Source of the DNA: Candidatus Dormiibacterota bacterium
Lineage (GTDB): Bacteria > Chloroflexota > Dormibacteria > Aeolococcales > Aeolococcaceae
DNA: 64,000 bases
Direction of reading: 5' to 3'
Assembly: GCA_963709585.1 (NCBI GenBank)
Contig: CAVPXI010000007.1
Span: 352,001-416,000, forward strand
In this document: positions 10,552 through 19,983 of the stretch, one piece after another
Layout of the letters: the number at the start of each line of letters is the position of its first letter
Numbering within the stretch: position 1 is the first letter of the stretch
Program-made: the position numbers and the translations under genes
Notes under the pieces: generated by a model
Told to the model about the DNA's origin: nothing
Databases searched by the model: none
Seen by the model: only the letters and a program-made list of their open reading frames with translations

Positions 10552-10580
10552 ACTATAAGTCTAAGCGCGTCGCTGTCAAG
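10552..10580 (-). promoter_or_regulatory. Sigma70-type promoter overlapping a HAIR-like inverted repeat
   Basis: Minus strand TTGACA-N16-TATAGT; CTTGACA-N7-GCTTAG is an imperfect dyad resembling the HspR operator CTTGAGT-N7-ACTCAAG. Confidence 0.5.
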
Positions 10581-10719
10581 CAGCTTTCGCCAGCGAGGGC
10601 ATGAGGCGCAACCGCCCGGTTCGATGCCCCATTTGCGGTGCACGCGACTAGAATCGAGTCCATGATGAATGTGCGATTCGCATGGCGCACCCTCGGTCAC
10701 AACGACAACGCGATGGGGA

Positions 10720-11070
10720 ATGGCCATGCCTGTTGAAGCTCTGGCGCCGATGTCTGAACGGATGCTCGACCTCGACAAGCCCCTGTACACGATCAGTGTC
10801 GCTGCCGAGATCCTGGCGTCGCACCCGCGCACGCTGATGATGTACGAGACCATGGGCCTCGGCGTACCGGCGCGAACCGCGACCAACCGCCGCCGCTACA
10901 CGCAACGCGACATCCTGACTCTGAGCGCGATTCAGCGCCTGACGAGGCAGCACGGTCTGAACATCGCGGGGGCGCGTTATGTCATCAAATGTCTGCAACT
11001 CCTCGATGCGCACGGCATTCCGCGACCGCCCGAGCTCGCGGCGATCGACCTGGAGCACGTTCGCCTCTAA
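10720..11070 (+). CDS. MerR-family, HspR-like transcriptional regulator
   Basis: PLYTISVAAEILASHPRTLMMYE..PARTATNRRRYTQRD..GLNIAG. Confidence 0.8.
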   Translation: MAMPVEALAPMSERMLDLDKPLYTISVAAEILASHPRTLMMYETMGLGVPARTATNRRRYTQRDILTLSAIQRLTRQHGLNIAGARYVIKCLQLLDAHGIPRPPELAAIDLEHVRL

Positions 11071-11143
11071 ACGCTGCGCGCGTCTCGCTTCTCGACTTGG
11101 GATCGACGGCGAACTCGCGAGCATGGGAAGGGCATAGGGCGAT

Positions 11144-11794
11144 ATGGCGAGATCGCGGGACGACCACCTCTGGGCACTGGCGCACGCCGAACGGACTGCG
11201 CTTGCGGAGGACCTTTCGGGGCTCAATGCCGAGCAGTGGCGGCACGCAACCCTGTGCGGGCAGTGGGACGTCGAGGAGGTCGTCGCCCACCTCACCGCCG
11301 CGGCAAGCCTGAATCAGTGGCGATGGGTGCGAAGCATGCTCGGCGCGCGTTTCCGTGTCGACGTGCACAACCAGCGCCGGCTGGTCGAGCATCGGGGCAG
11401 CACCCCCGCCGAGACGCTCGACCGTTTCCGCGCCATCATCGGCAGCACGACCGCCCCCTCGGGACACATCCCAGCCTACCTTGGGGAGGTCGTCGTGCAC
11501 GCCCAAGACATCCGTCAGCCGCTGGGGCTGCCGCGGACACCACACGTCGACGCACTGACGCCCGTGGCCGACTTTTTCGCGCGCCGCAACTTCGCGGTTG
11601 CCAGCCGGACCGCCGTTGCCGGTCTGCAGTTGCGCGCGGACGATGGGCCGTTTGCCACCGGCACCGCACCGCTCGTCACCGGATCGACCCTCGCGCTGGT
11701 GATGAGCATGGCTGGCCGCGCTCCTTACGTTGACCAGCTCGACGGCCCGGGCGTCCCGACTCTGCGCACACGCGTCCACGGCTCTGCAGCGTAG
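11144..11794 (+). CDS. Maleylpyruvate isomerase (MDMPI/DinB-like) family protein
   Basis: TLCGQWDVEEVVAHL, EVVVHAQDIRQPLG. Confidence 0.85.
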   Translation: MARSRDDHLWALAHAERTALAEDLSGLNAEQWRHATLCGQWDVEEVVAHLTAAASLNQWRWVRSMLGARFRVDVHNQRRLVEHRGSTPAETLDRFRAIIGSTTAPSGHIPAYLGEVVVHAQDIRQPLGLPRTPHVDALTPVADFFARRNFAVASRTAVAGLQLRADDGPFATGTAPLVTGSTLALVMSMAGRAPYVDQLDGPGVPTLRTRVHGSAA

Positions 11795-11926
11795 CCGGGC
11801 CCCCAACCTGATAGCTAAACACGCAGCAATTGTGATACTCAGAATAGTACAATGGTCGGGACGGCGAGCGCACCAGCCAGGGACATCGGGGCAATCATTG
11901 ATGCAAGAACTTGGCGCCCCACGGGA

Positions 11927-12280
11927 ATGACAGCACCGCCACCCGATGACGTGTCCGACCACACCAAGGCGGAAAACGAGCAGGCGGCGCTCGAGCAGGT
12001 GGAGCCCGATCGCCTTCTGGAAGGCGAGGATGAACAGTCGCAGCACCTCGACGACGCGGAACACTGGGTCAAGGTCTACAGGGAACTGCTCGAGTTCAAG
12101 CGCTCGGTGCTGGCCACGACCCAAGAGCACGTCGGAACCATGGAAGCGGATGCCAGCGCCGAGGTGCAAAAGACCGATCTCAAGGCACTCCATGCGGAAG
12201 CGCTGCGCTTCGAGCAGCGCCTCGTGTACTGGCGAAGCCGGATGACCGCGCTCCAGGACCGGGCCGGCGGCGCCGGCTGA
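11927..12280 (+). CDS. Hypothetical protein
   Basis: Helical ORF LLEGED..DAEHWVKVYRELLEFK with host-like codon use. Confidence 0.6.
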   Translation: MTAPPPDDVSDHTKAENEQAALEQVEPDRLLEGEDEQSQHLDDAEHWVKVYRELLEFKRSVLATTQEHVGTMEADASAEVQKTDLKALHAEALRFEQRLVYWRSRMTALQDRAGGAG

Positions 12281-12293
12281 GCAGCGCTCCGTC

Positions 12294-12890
12294 TCAGCCC
12301 TTCTGTAGCCCGTTCCAGCTGAGCAGCGCCGTCCAGTCGTGCTCGAAGCCGAGCGCCGACGGTGCCGCGGTCGCGAGTTGCAGATGCTGGGCCGCGGCTG
12401 CGGGAAACTCGAGCCACAGAGCGGTGAGGATGCGCAACTGATGGCCGTGCCCGAAGAGCAGCACATCGCCTTCGATTGGACGCACGCGCGCGATGACGCG
12501 TTGCGCACGGACCGCGACCTCGTCGATTGTCTCGCCGCCGACGACACCGTCGCGGAACAGCGTCCATCCGGGCCGCCGCTCCCGGATCTCGTTGCCCGTC
12601 AATCCGTCGTACTCGCCGTAGTCCCACTCGACGAGATCCGGGTCGACCACCGCGCGATCCGCGAAGCCGGCGATGTCGCACGTCTCTCGCGCACGTTGCA
12701 ATGGGCTCACGAACACCGCCGCGAACTGGAGGCCGCCGAGCGGCGCGACCAGGGTCAGTGCCTGCTCGCGACCCTCCGGAGTCAGCGGGATGTCGGTGCG
12801 GCCGGTGTGGCGCTTCTCGCGGCTCCATGCGGTTTCGCCGTGACGCACCACCACGATCTGCTGCGACGTGTTGCGAGGATGAAGCTCCAC
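12294..12890 (-). CDS. Histidine phosphatase family protein
   Basis: VVRHGETAWS..HTGRTD, SPLQRARET, EWDYGEY, FGHGH. Confidence 0.9.
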   Translation of the reverse strand: MELHPRNTSQQIVVVRHGETAWSREKRHTGRTDIPLTPEGREQALTLVAPLGGLQFAAVFVSPLQRARETCDIAGFADRAVVDPDLVEWDYGEYDGLTGNEIRERRPGWTLFRDGVVGGETIDEVAVRAQRVIARVRPIEGDVLLFGHGHQLRILTALWLEFPAAAAQHLQLATAAPSALGFEHDWTALLSWNGLQKG

Positions 12891-12901
12891 GGAGCGCGAC
12901 T

Positions 12902-13756
12902 CTACCCCGCGGGTGCGGTGGTGGCGGGGTCGGCCTCCGGCTTCTCCCCGACGATATCCCACAGGCGTTCTGCGACCGCGGCGGTCACCGCATCGGGGTC
13001 GTGCTCGCGCTGATCCACCCAGAAGTGGCAGTGGAGCAGGGGCACCTCTCTGTCGAGCGTCGGCTCGAAGGCGACCGCGGGCTTGGCCTCGATGCCGGGA
13101 ACCTCCTCGACGGCGGCCCGCGCGCGCCGCATCAGGTCAGCAAGATCGGTCTCGGTGGGAATCCGCACCCCGACGGTGAGACGGCGGGTGTCGTAGTGCG
13201 TCGTGTTGATCACGATCCCCGTGAATACCGTGAGGTTCGGCAGGATCGCCAGTTCGCCGACGCCGGTGCGGAGTGTGGTCGTGCGCAATGTGATGTTCTG
13301 CACGGCGCCGGTCTGATCCATGACGGTGATCGTGTCGCCGAGCCGGAAGGGCTGCTCGAGGAGAAGCCAGATCCCGGCCAGGACGTTGCGCAGGAGATCC
13401 TGAAACGCCAGGCCGATGGCGACCGTCCCGACGCCGGCCGCGGTGAGGATCACCGCGACGTTGACACCGTAGACGACCAGCGCGCTGATCACCGCGACCA
13501 CATAGGTCGTGACCGTGATCAGGTTGCGAACGAGGGTGCAGACCTGGCGGTCGGCCTTGCTCCTGCGCATCGTCCAGAGCGCGAGCGCGCGGATCAACCG
13601 GCCGACGAGATAGAGAATGATGAAGATGGCGATCGCGCTGATCAGGTGCTCGACGAGCGGCCCGGCGAGTCCACTCTGGTCCCGCGACTGGATGGATCTG
13701 CAGACGAAGTCGAACCAATTGCTCGAGTTGCACGTCGACACGGCGGCGGTCAGCAT
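12902..13756 (-). CDS. mscS: Small-conductance mechanosensitive channel
   Basis: AIGLAFQDLLRNVLAG..EQPFRLGD..IPN. Confidence 0.85.
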   Translation of the reverse strand: MLTAAVSTCNSSNWFDFVCRSIQSRDQSGLAGPLVEHLISAIAIFIILYLVGRLIRALALWTMRRSKADRQVCTLVRNLITVTTYVVAVISALVVYGVNVAVILTAAGVGTVAIGLAFQDLLRNVLAGIWLLLEQPFRLGDTITVMDQTGAVQNITLRTTTLRTGVGELAILPNLTVFTGIVINTTHYDTRRLTVGVRIPTETDLADLMRRARAAVEEVPGIEAKPAVAFEPTLDREVPLLHCHFWVDQREHDPDAVTAAVAERLWDIVGEKPEADPATTAPAG

Positions 13757-13861
13757 CGCGCGCTTCGCCTGTGCGTCACCAACGCCGCCGCGACCGTCGC
13801 GATCATCGTCGCGCCGTACATCGAGCAGACGGCAACGCGGTCGGGATCCGGGTCGAAGCCG

Positions 13862-14524
13862 CTAGGACGACCCGGCGTCGTCGTCGGCGCTCTCGGCTTC
13901 CTCGCCCTCGCCCTCAGCGGGCGCAGCCTCCGCCTCCTCCTCGGGTTCGGCGGCGACGCGCACCTGGGCGACCTTGAGGACGAGCTCGTCGGGATCGACA
14001 CCGGTTGCGAGCGCCACCCGCTCGGGGAGGGGCACCTCACTCAGACGGATGCCCTGGTCGATCTCGACCAGCCTGGAGATGTCGACGTCGAGCTGCGCGG
14101 GGATGTCTCCCGGCATGCACTCGACCTTGACCGCGGTGATGATCTGCTGGAGCACGCCGAGCTTGAGCTCGGTGACCGCGGGCGATTCGCCGACCGGGAT
14201 GAGCGGGATCTCGACGGTCAGCTTCTCTCGGAGGTTGACCGCGAAGAGGTCAACATGCATGAGCTGGGTGGTGCGCGGGTTCACCTGCAGCTCGCGGATC
14301 AGCACCTTGCGAGCCCGTCCGCCGTCGAGCGCAAGGTCGACGAGATGGCTGTGGCCCGCGCCGTGCCAGACCCGGCGCAGGCTGCGCGCGTCGATCGAGA
14401 GCGCCTGCGGCTCGACGTTGTGTCCGTAGAGCACCGCGGGCACCTCGCCGCGACGCCTGACGGCGTGGACGTGACGCCCGGTCTCCGACCGGAGCGATGC
14501 GCTGAGCTCGAGGGGGGTTGCCAT
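13862..14524 (-). CDS. rplY: 50S ribosomal protein L25/Ctc
   Basis: RRRGEVPAVLYG, HVDLFAV, GVLQQ, CMPGDIP and an acidic tail. Confidence 0.92.
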   Translation of the reverse strand: MATPLELSASLRSETGRHVHAVRRRGEVPAVLYGHNVEPQALSIDARSLRRVWHGAGHSHLVDLALDGGRARKVLIRELQVNPRTTQLMHVDLFAVNLREKLTVEIPLIPVGESPAVTELKLGVLQQIITAVKVECMPGDIPAQLDVDISRLVEIDQGIRLSEVPLPERVALATGVDPDELVLKVAQVRVAAEPEEEAEAAPAEGEGEEAESADDDAGSS

Positions 14525-14534
14525 CTCTGCCCGG

Positions 14535-15218
14535 CTACTCTACCGGCTCTGCAGTTGCTGCCGAGTTCACCGCCGCGGCGATCGCGTCCAGGGCGGCGTC
14601 GACGCACCCCTGTCCGCGGGCCGGTCTCGCATCGGGATCAGCCGCCGCCGGGGTCTCCGGCCAGGCCGCGCACGCAGCCGCGATCAGCCGTCGGGTTGCC
14701 GTCGGGCTCCCGTCGGGGAGCACGAAATACGGCCAGGCGACGTCGGAGACCTCCTCCCCGTCGCCGGGCGACGCGAGGATCTCGAGCGCTCGCTCGAGAG
14801 CGGCGCGGCGGACGTCGTTCGCTCCCGCCTCGATCTCGTCATGCACGGCATCGTGGAGGCGCTGCCCCGTGCCGGACACATCGGTCTCGCGGTACCGGGG
14901 TGGCCCCGTCTCCTCGGCGCCGTGGAGCATGAAGATGCCGCCGTTCCATACGGTCCTCCAGGTCTCCGCGCCATCGCCGCGGATGACCCGGCAGACCTCG
15001 TCACTGCCGCTGACGTCCAACCACGCCTGACGAGCACCATTGCCGCGCAGGAAGGACAGCCAGAGGTCTAGGCTGTCGCCGATCGGTTCGAAGGCCTGCC
15101 CGTCGACCCAGACATAGGACATCTTGCGAAAGGTCGCGAACGCCGGATGCCGGGGAGCGACGCCTGCGCTCGTGTCCCCCGGGTCATTGACGGACCGCCC
15201 CGCACGCGCGGCCGCCAC
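14535..15218 (-). CDS. Hypothetical protein (start uncertain)
   Basis: ORF fills the gap between co-oriented genes. Confidence 0.5.
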   Translation of the reverse strand: MAAARAGRSVNDPGDTSAGVAPRHPAFATFRKMSYVWVDGQAFEPIGDSLDLWLSFLRGNGARQAWLDVSGSDEVCRVIRGDGAETWRTVWNGGIFMLHGAEETGPPRYRETDVSGTGQRLHDAVHDEIEAGANDVRRAALERALEILASPGDGEEVSDVAWPYFVLPDGSPTATRRLIAAACAAWPETPAAADPDARPARGQGCVDAALDAIAAAVNSAATAEPVE

Positions 15219-15241
15219 CGCGAGGCAGAGTAGCGCCGGGG

Positions 15242-15673
15242 TCAGGCCGTCGCCCCCGCGCCGAATCGCTCCTTGACGTAGGAAACCGCCTCGTCGAGCG
15301 AGGTCCCGGGGGTGAACACCTTGTCGACCCCGAGCTTCTCGAGTGCGGTGACGTCGGAGTCGGGGATGATCCCACCGCCGAAGACCACGATATCCGACGC
15401 GTCGCGCTCCTTGAGCAGACGGATGATCTCGGGAAACAGGGTCATGTGGGCGCCGCTCAGGAGGCTGATGCCGATGCCGTCGACGTCCTCCTGGATTGCG
15501 GCTTCGACCACCATCGCGGGCGTCTGATGCAGCCCGGTGTAGATCACCTCGACACCGGCATCACGAAGCGCCCGGGAGATCACCTTGACCCCGCGGTCGT
15601 GCCCGTCGAGGCCGACCTTGGCGGTCAGGATCCTGATCTTGCGCCCGGTTGCCGGCGCGGCGGTGGCGTCCAT
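15242..15673 (-). CDS. Cobalamin-binding domain protein (methylmalonyl-CoA mutase C-terminal type)
   Basis: AKVGLDGHDRG, EVIYTGLHQTP, SLLSGAH, GGIIP. Confidence 0.92.
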   Translation of the reverse strand: MDATAAPATGRKIRILTAKVGLDGHDRGVKVISRALRDAGVEVIYTGLHQTPAMVVEAAIQEDVDGIGISLLSGAHMTLFPEIIRLLKERDASDIVVFGGGIIPDSDVTALEKLGVDKVFTPGTSLDEAVSYVKERFGAGATA

Positions 15674-15718
15674 GACGACTTGATGTTAAGAGGTTGACCC
15701 TCGCTTAGACTGCTGCGA

Positions 15719-17303
15719 GTGCACCACTCGGGCAATCGCGGGGTTCCTGGACTCCGGGCGGTGCAAGCGGCTGGCGCGCGCCGCGCGCTGCTGGCCGGTC
15801 TGGGGCTCACCCTCTTTCTGATCTCGTTCGCGGGCGCCAACCCAGGCGGGGCCGTTTCCGACGAGACCGATCAGTACATCAAGACAATCGCCGCGGGGCA
15901 CCTCGACCTTCTGGGCATGAAGGTGTCCGATGCGCAGGCGCGTTCGGTGGACAGCTGGCTGCCAGACATCAATCGCATCCTGAGGAGCTACTCCGTCGAC
16001 AGTCAGGCCGTGCGCGCGTTTTCGATCTCGTCCTCGCTGGACCCTCGGTACCTCGGTTGCACGGTCGACGACACAATCGCCACCTGCCTCGATCGCCAAC
16101 CGCCGCCCGCGGCCGGCCCGAGCGAGACGTTCGTCAGCTCGGTTGGCACCCGTCAGCCATTCATCTTCATCCCTGCGGGGCTGGCAATGCGCTTCGCGAG
16201 TAGCACTGCTGCAGCGCTGCTTCTCGGGCGCCTCACCTTCACGCTTATCGCCGCCTTGCTGCTACTCGGAGCACTGCTTGTTGCGCTGCGCGCCCGTCCA
16301 GGTCCGCTGTCCGTGGCCGCCATCGCTCTCTGCGTCACGCCCACGGGCGTGCTGGTCATGTCCGGGATCAGCACGAGCGGGCCGGAGTTCCGCGGCCGGC
16401 GTCGCGTGGTGGGTCGCCATGCTTGCGGTGAGCGAACCCACCCCTCGCCGTGGAGCCTGGTGGCTTGCCGTGGCGGCGGGGCTCGTTCTCGGACTGGCAC
16501 GCACAACTGGTCCTGTCTGGATGTTGCTCATCGTGGTCGTCGTCACGCTTTTCCGAGGGCCGGGCGCATCCTGGCAAGCTCTTCGTTCAGGCGGCAAACT
16601 TGCGGTGGCCGCAATCGCGGTCTCCGCGATCGCCGTCATCGTGACCATTGGGTGGCAGCTCGGCATCCAGCCGGCCGCCCTCGAAAGGGCTGTGCCGACG
16701 CTGCAGGAGGTGACGCCGTCGCTGATCGGCTTCATCCTGTCACACGGGGTCGCCACCTTTGGGTGGGGTGAGGCAGCTCCGCCGGTCGTGATCGCTCAGG
16801 TTTGGGGATTGCTGGCCCTCGCACTTGTGTCGCTTGGTGTGAGGTCAGCAGTTGCACGTGGAGCGCGACGCGAGATAGTCGCGTTGCTCGTGGTGGTCGT
16901 CGGGGGTATCGCGATCATCGTTCTGTTTCTTGCATTCGGGAGCGAGAACGGGCTGGTGCAGGGGCGCTGGTTCATCGCTCCTCTTGCCGGAATCCCCATC
17001 CTGGCGGGGTGGATGGCCGCGTCACGACCTGCCACCGCAAGCTTCGAGCGAAGCTCGAGGATCGTTGCTGGCGGCGTGACCGCCGGCGTCGTCATCTGCC
17101 TGGCCGTCTACTGGTGGCTCAATGAGTATCGTTACGCGGTCGACGGCGGTTCCCTGTTGTTTATCGGACATACGCTCTGGCAGCCCCCGCTTGGATGGGC
17201 GCCGTGGCTGGCATGCGCAGTCCTCGGCCTGCTCGCCCTCGTCGCCTCCGGGCTACCCGGAAGGAACGCCAGCGGCGTGGCCGCGCTCAGTGACCCTGGG
17301 TGA
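15719..17303 (+). CDS. DUF2142-like multi-pass membrane protein (apparent +1 indel at 16385-16390)
   Basis: ORFs 15719..16771 and 16143..17303 join into one polytopic protein (PGGAVSDETDQY, QGRWF, WQPPLGW) if one T is removed from GAGTTC. Confidence 0.65.
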
Positions 17304-18033
17304 TCGCCTCGTCTTGTGGAAGGGCCGCTACTGCGGCTTCGGCGAGCCGGCGAGCCACGCTGAGCGCGCGATCGGCGTGGGGGAGGTGGTCGCGGTCGAC
17401 GCCCGCGACCGCACGACCGCCGTCGCGAGCCCCGACCAGCGCCCCGGCAAGGCTGGCCGCAACCGCTGTCCCTCCTGCCGCGGCGGCGAGCACGTCATCG
17501 AAAGGGTTTTCGGTGGCGAGCGCGCAGATCGCGCGCTGCAGGGTCAGACCCGGGTCCGGGTCTGAGACGTCCATCGGAGGGCCGGCGTCGACCACTCGGA
17601 GGCGCTCGAGCAGCGCCATCGGCGCGTCCTCGAGCAGGGACTGACGCACCCTCACGAGGGCGGTCTGCAGATCGAAGCGGAGCAGGTCGGCGATCAGCAA
17701 CGCCGCCGCCACGGCGGTGACCGCGGTGCCCTCGTCGGCGCCTGCCATGGCGACGCATCGATAGGCATCGCGGCGCAGCCTCGGACGGTCCAGCGGGCTG
17801 AGCAATCCAAACGGCAGCGCCCGGAGGAGGAGGCGGGCCGCGCCGGCGCGCGACGGGCGCTCGAGCCCCCGCTGACGGAGATCGGCGTCGTCGAAGCAGC
17901 CGCACGCCGCCGCCAACTCGGCGACGCCGACCAGGTCGGCGGTGCCCGCCGCGGTGCCGGCGGCGTCCTCACCGGCAAGTGCCCCGATGAAGCTCGCCTC
18001 GATCCGGCCGGGGAGGTCGTCGATCAGCGTCAC
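17287..18033 (-). CDS. ADP-ribosylglycohydrolase-like protein (divergent)
   Basis: GRIEASFIGALAGED, RALPFGL, AASLAGALVGARDG resemble the ARH/DraG fold. Confidence 0.55.
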   Translation of the reverse strand: MTLIDDLPGRIEASFIGALAGEDAAGTAAGTADLVGVAELAAACGCFDDADLRQRGLERPSRAGAARLLLRALPFGLLSPLDRPRLRRDAYRCVAMAGADEGTAVTAVAAALLIADLLRFDLQTALVRVRQSLLEDAPMALLERLRVVDAGPPMDVSDPDPGLTLQRAICALATENPFDDVLAAAAGGTAVAASLAGALVGARDGGRAVAGVDRDHLPHADRALSVARRLAEAAVAALPQDEAITQGH

Positions 18034-18241
18034 CTGGAGAACGCTATCCTGTCGAACGATGCCGACGTCGGAACGTGCCGTGGCCGCCGTCCGTGCGATC
18101 GCCAGCAGTGGCGTGCTCCGCGCGGCCCCCGGGCTCCTCGACCAGCGGCGCTGGCGGGGCCCACGACCGGCCGCGGTTCGCATCGAGCGGAGCCGTGTGC
18201 ATGGCGACGGCGGCGTGGTAGCCGACCAGACAGCCTTGACC

Positions 18242-18445
18242 ATGTGGTTCGGCGAGGGCCCCGGCCTCTCCGGGATCTCGGTTCGCGGCCGCGCGACCCG
18301 GGTGGCGGTCCGCACGCTGGCGGGCGTGGCCGCGGCGGTTGCGATCGGCGCGGCGACCGCCTTCGTCCAGCGCCAGGAGGCGACGCGGCTCGGAGCCGGG
18401 TCCCGGCTGCTACTCCGCGAGCCAGGGCAGAACCACCGGCCCTGA
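18242..18445 (+). CDS. Possible small membrane protein
   Basis: ATG ORF with one hydrophobic segment; overlaps the end of the convergent gene. Confidence 0.35.
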   Translation: MWFGEGPGLSGISVRGRATRVAVRTLAGVAAAVAIGAATAFVQRQEATRLGAGSRLLLREPGQNHRP

Positions 18446-19240
18446 GGTTCGCGACCGGCGCGAGACTGCGCGCAGTCGCTGCCCGTCGGTGATCAGCACC
18501 TCGCGCGAGCACGGGTTCATCGCCTCGCGCCACTCCTTGAGCACCCGGCGCTGAAATCGATCCGACGACGGCAGCGATGCCGCCAGCGCGAGGACGGCGC
18601 CTCGATCGGGCACTCCGAGCAGCACGTCGCCGCCAGCGCGCTCGGCAAACGCGGCGAGCACGCGGGGCGCCATCAGCAGGCTGCCCTGGAACAGCGGATC
18701 CGACGCAACCCTCCATCCGTCGGCGGGGATTCGGTCCGTCCGTGCAATGCGCCCGACCAGCGGCTCGAAGCGGTCCGCGGTGTTGAGCGTCGCCGCGCGT
18801 TGCACATCCTCATCGCCCAACCCCACCGACGTCCATTGGTCGCGGGGGACGCCGCGCATGATCGACCCCGGCAGCTCTTCGGCGACGAACGCGGTCATGT
18901 CGGCGCCGACCGGCGCGCGCAGCAGGTCGCCGACGCGCCCGTGGCCGGCAAGAAAGCGCTCGTTTCGCACGCACCAGAGCAGCCGGGATGTCGACAGCGC
19001 CATGGCCGGCTGAGGCGTGAGCTGATGGTCGACCGACGCGACGTACTCGCCGATCAGCGCCGGCACCCTGTCCGGCTGGCGTTCACACGCGTGGTGGAGC
19101 GGTGCGAGCGGCAGCATCAGGTCGAGCCCGGAGCCGGTGACGTGCAACGCGAAGCGCGTCGCGTCCACCTCGACAGTCGCGCTGCGGTAGCGCGCGATCA
19201 ATTGCAGACGGATTCGCTCCGCGAACGCCCCCCGTTCCAT
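18410..19240 (-). CDS. Hypothetical protein (DUF1444-like)
   Basis: MERGAFAERIRL..GDVLLGVPDRG; closely packed with the upstream gene. Confidence 0.6.
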   Translation of the reverse strand: MERGAFAERIRLQLIARYRSATVEVDATRFALHVTGSGLDLMLPLAPLHHACERQPDRVPALIGEYVASVDHQLTPQPAMALSTSRLLWCVRNERFLAGHGRVGDLLRAPVGADMTAFVAEELPGSIMRGVPRDQWTSVGLGDEDVQRAATLNTADRFEPLVGRIARTDRIPADGWRVASDPLFQGSLLMAPRVLAAFAERAGGDVLLGVPDRGAVLALAASLPSSDRFQRRVLKEWREAMNPCSREVLITDGQRLRAVSRRSRTSGPVVLPWLAE

Positions 19241-19244
19241 CCGT

Positions 19245-19979
19245 TTACTGGGTGGCGGCGGCGAGGCGCGATCGCAGCAACGCGATTCGTGATTCGTCGC
19301 CGCGACGCGTGACCGCGTCGATCGGCACCCGTCCCCACAGGTACAGGAACAGTGCGGCTGGATCGCCGGAAAGCACCGCGTTCGGCGACGTTCTCCGACC
19401 GGGTGCGACCAGGGTGCGTGAGTCCTCGAGCAGCACAGACCAGGCGTCGTCGCCGGCGAGCAGCTCGACGGTCCCGGTGCCAGCAACCGAAGCCGAGGCC
19501 TCCTCGTCTCCGGCCAGCATGATGGTCAGCACCTCGTCGATGCCGTCGACCGCGAGCGCAGGGTCGATCGCGCTCGGTGCGCCGAACTGGGTCTCGACAT
19601 CGACACGGTGCACGACCGTTTCCAGGGCCATCCGGCGGTACCAGAATCCGACGGTCTGATCGGGCTCCCACCACGACCAGGCAAAGTCCTTCGGCGCATG
19701 CGACACCAGCTCCGCAAGCAGCTTCGCGTGCTCGTCGGAGAACCACTCGACGGTGTCCTTTCCGAAAGGCTCATCGGTGGTCCACTCGCCCTGCTCCGGC
19801 CTGCGCCCGAGGCGCATGGCCATGACCTTGTGGTCGTACACCGTCGCCAGGTGCGCGACGACCTCGCGAACATCCCAGGGCGGACACACCGGCACCGGCA
19901 GATCGAGTCCGCGCGGCGCCATCGCAGCGATCAGATCGCCGTCGTTGCGAATGTGATCGAGATACCCCCTGAACTCCAC
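19245..19979 (-). CDS. MDMPI family protein
   Basis: VPVCPPWDVREVVAHL, FWYRRMALETVVHRVD, AVDGIDE. Confidence 0.85.
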   Translation of the reverse strand: MEFRGYLDHIRNDGDLIAAMAPRGLDLPVPVCPPWDVREVVAHLATVYDHKVMAMRLGRRPEQGEWTTDEPFGKDTVEWFSDEHAKLLAELVSHAPKDFAWSWWEPDQTVGFWYRRMALETVVHRVDVETQFGAPSAIDPALAVDGIDEVLTIMLAGDEEASASVAGTGTVELLAGDDAWSVLLEDSRTLVAPGRRTSPNAVLSGDPAALFLYLWGRVPIDAVTRRGDESRIALLRSRLAAATQ

Positions 19980-19983
19980 CCGC

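Noticed and set aside
12527-14932. Long antisense ORFs (801 aa here; also 1257-3065, 22149-23747, 49769-51472)
   Set aside because: Shadow frames of real genes in high-GC DNA; Arg/Gly/Ala-rich with no family motifs.
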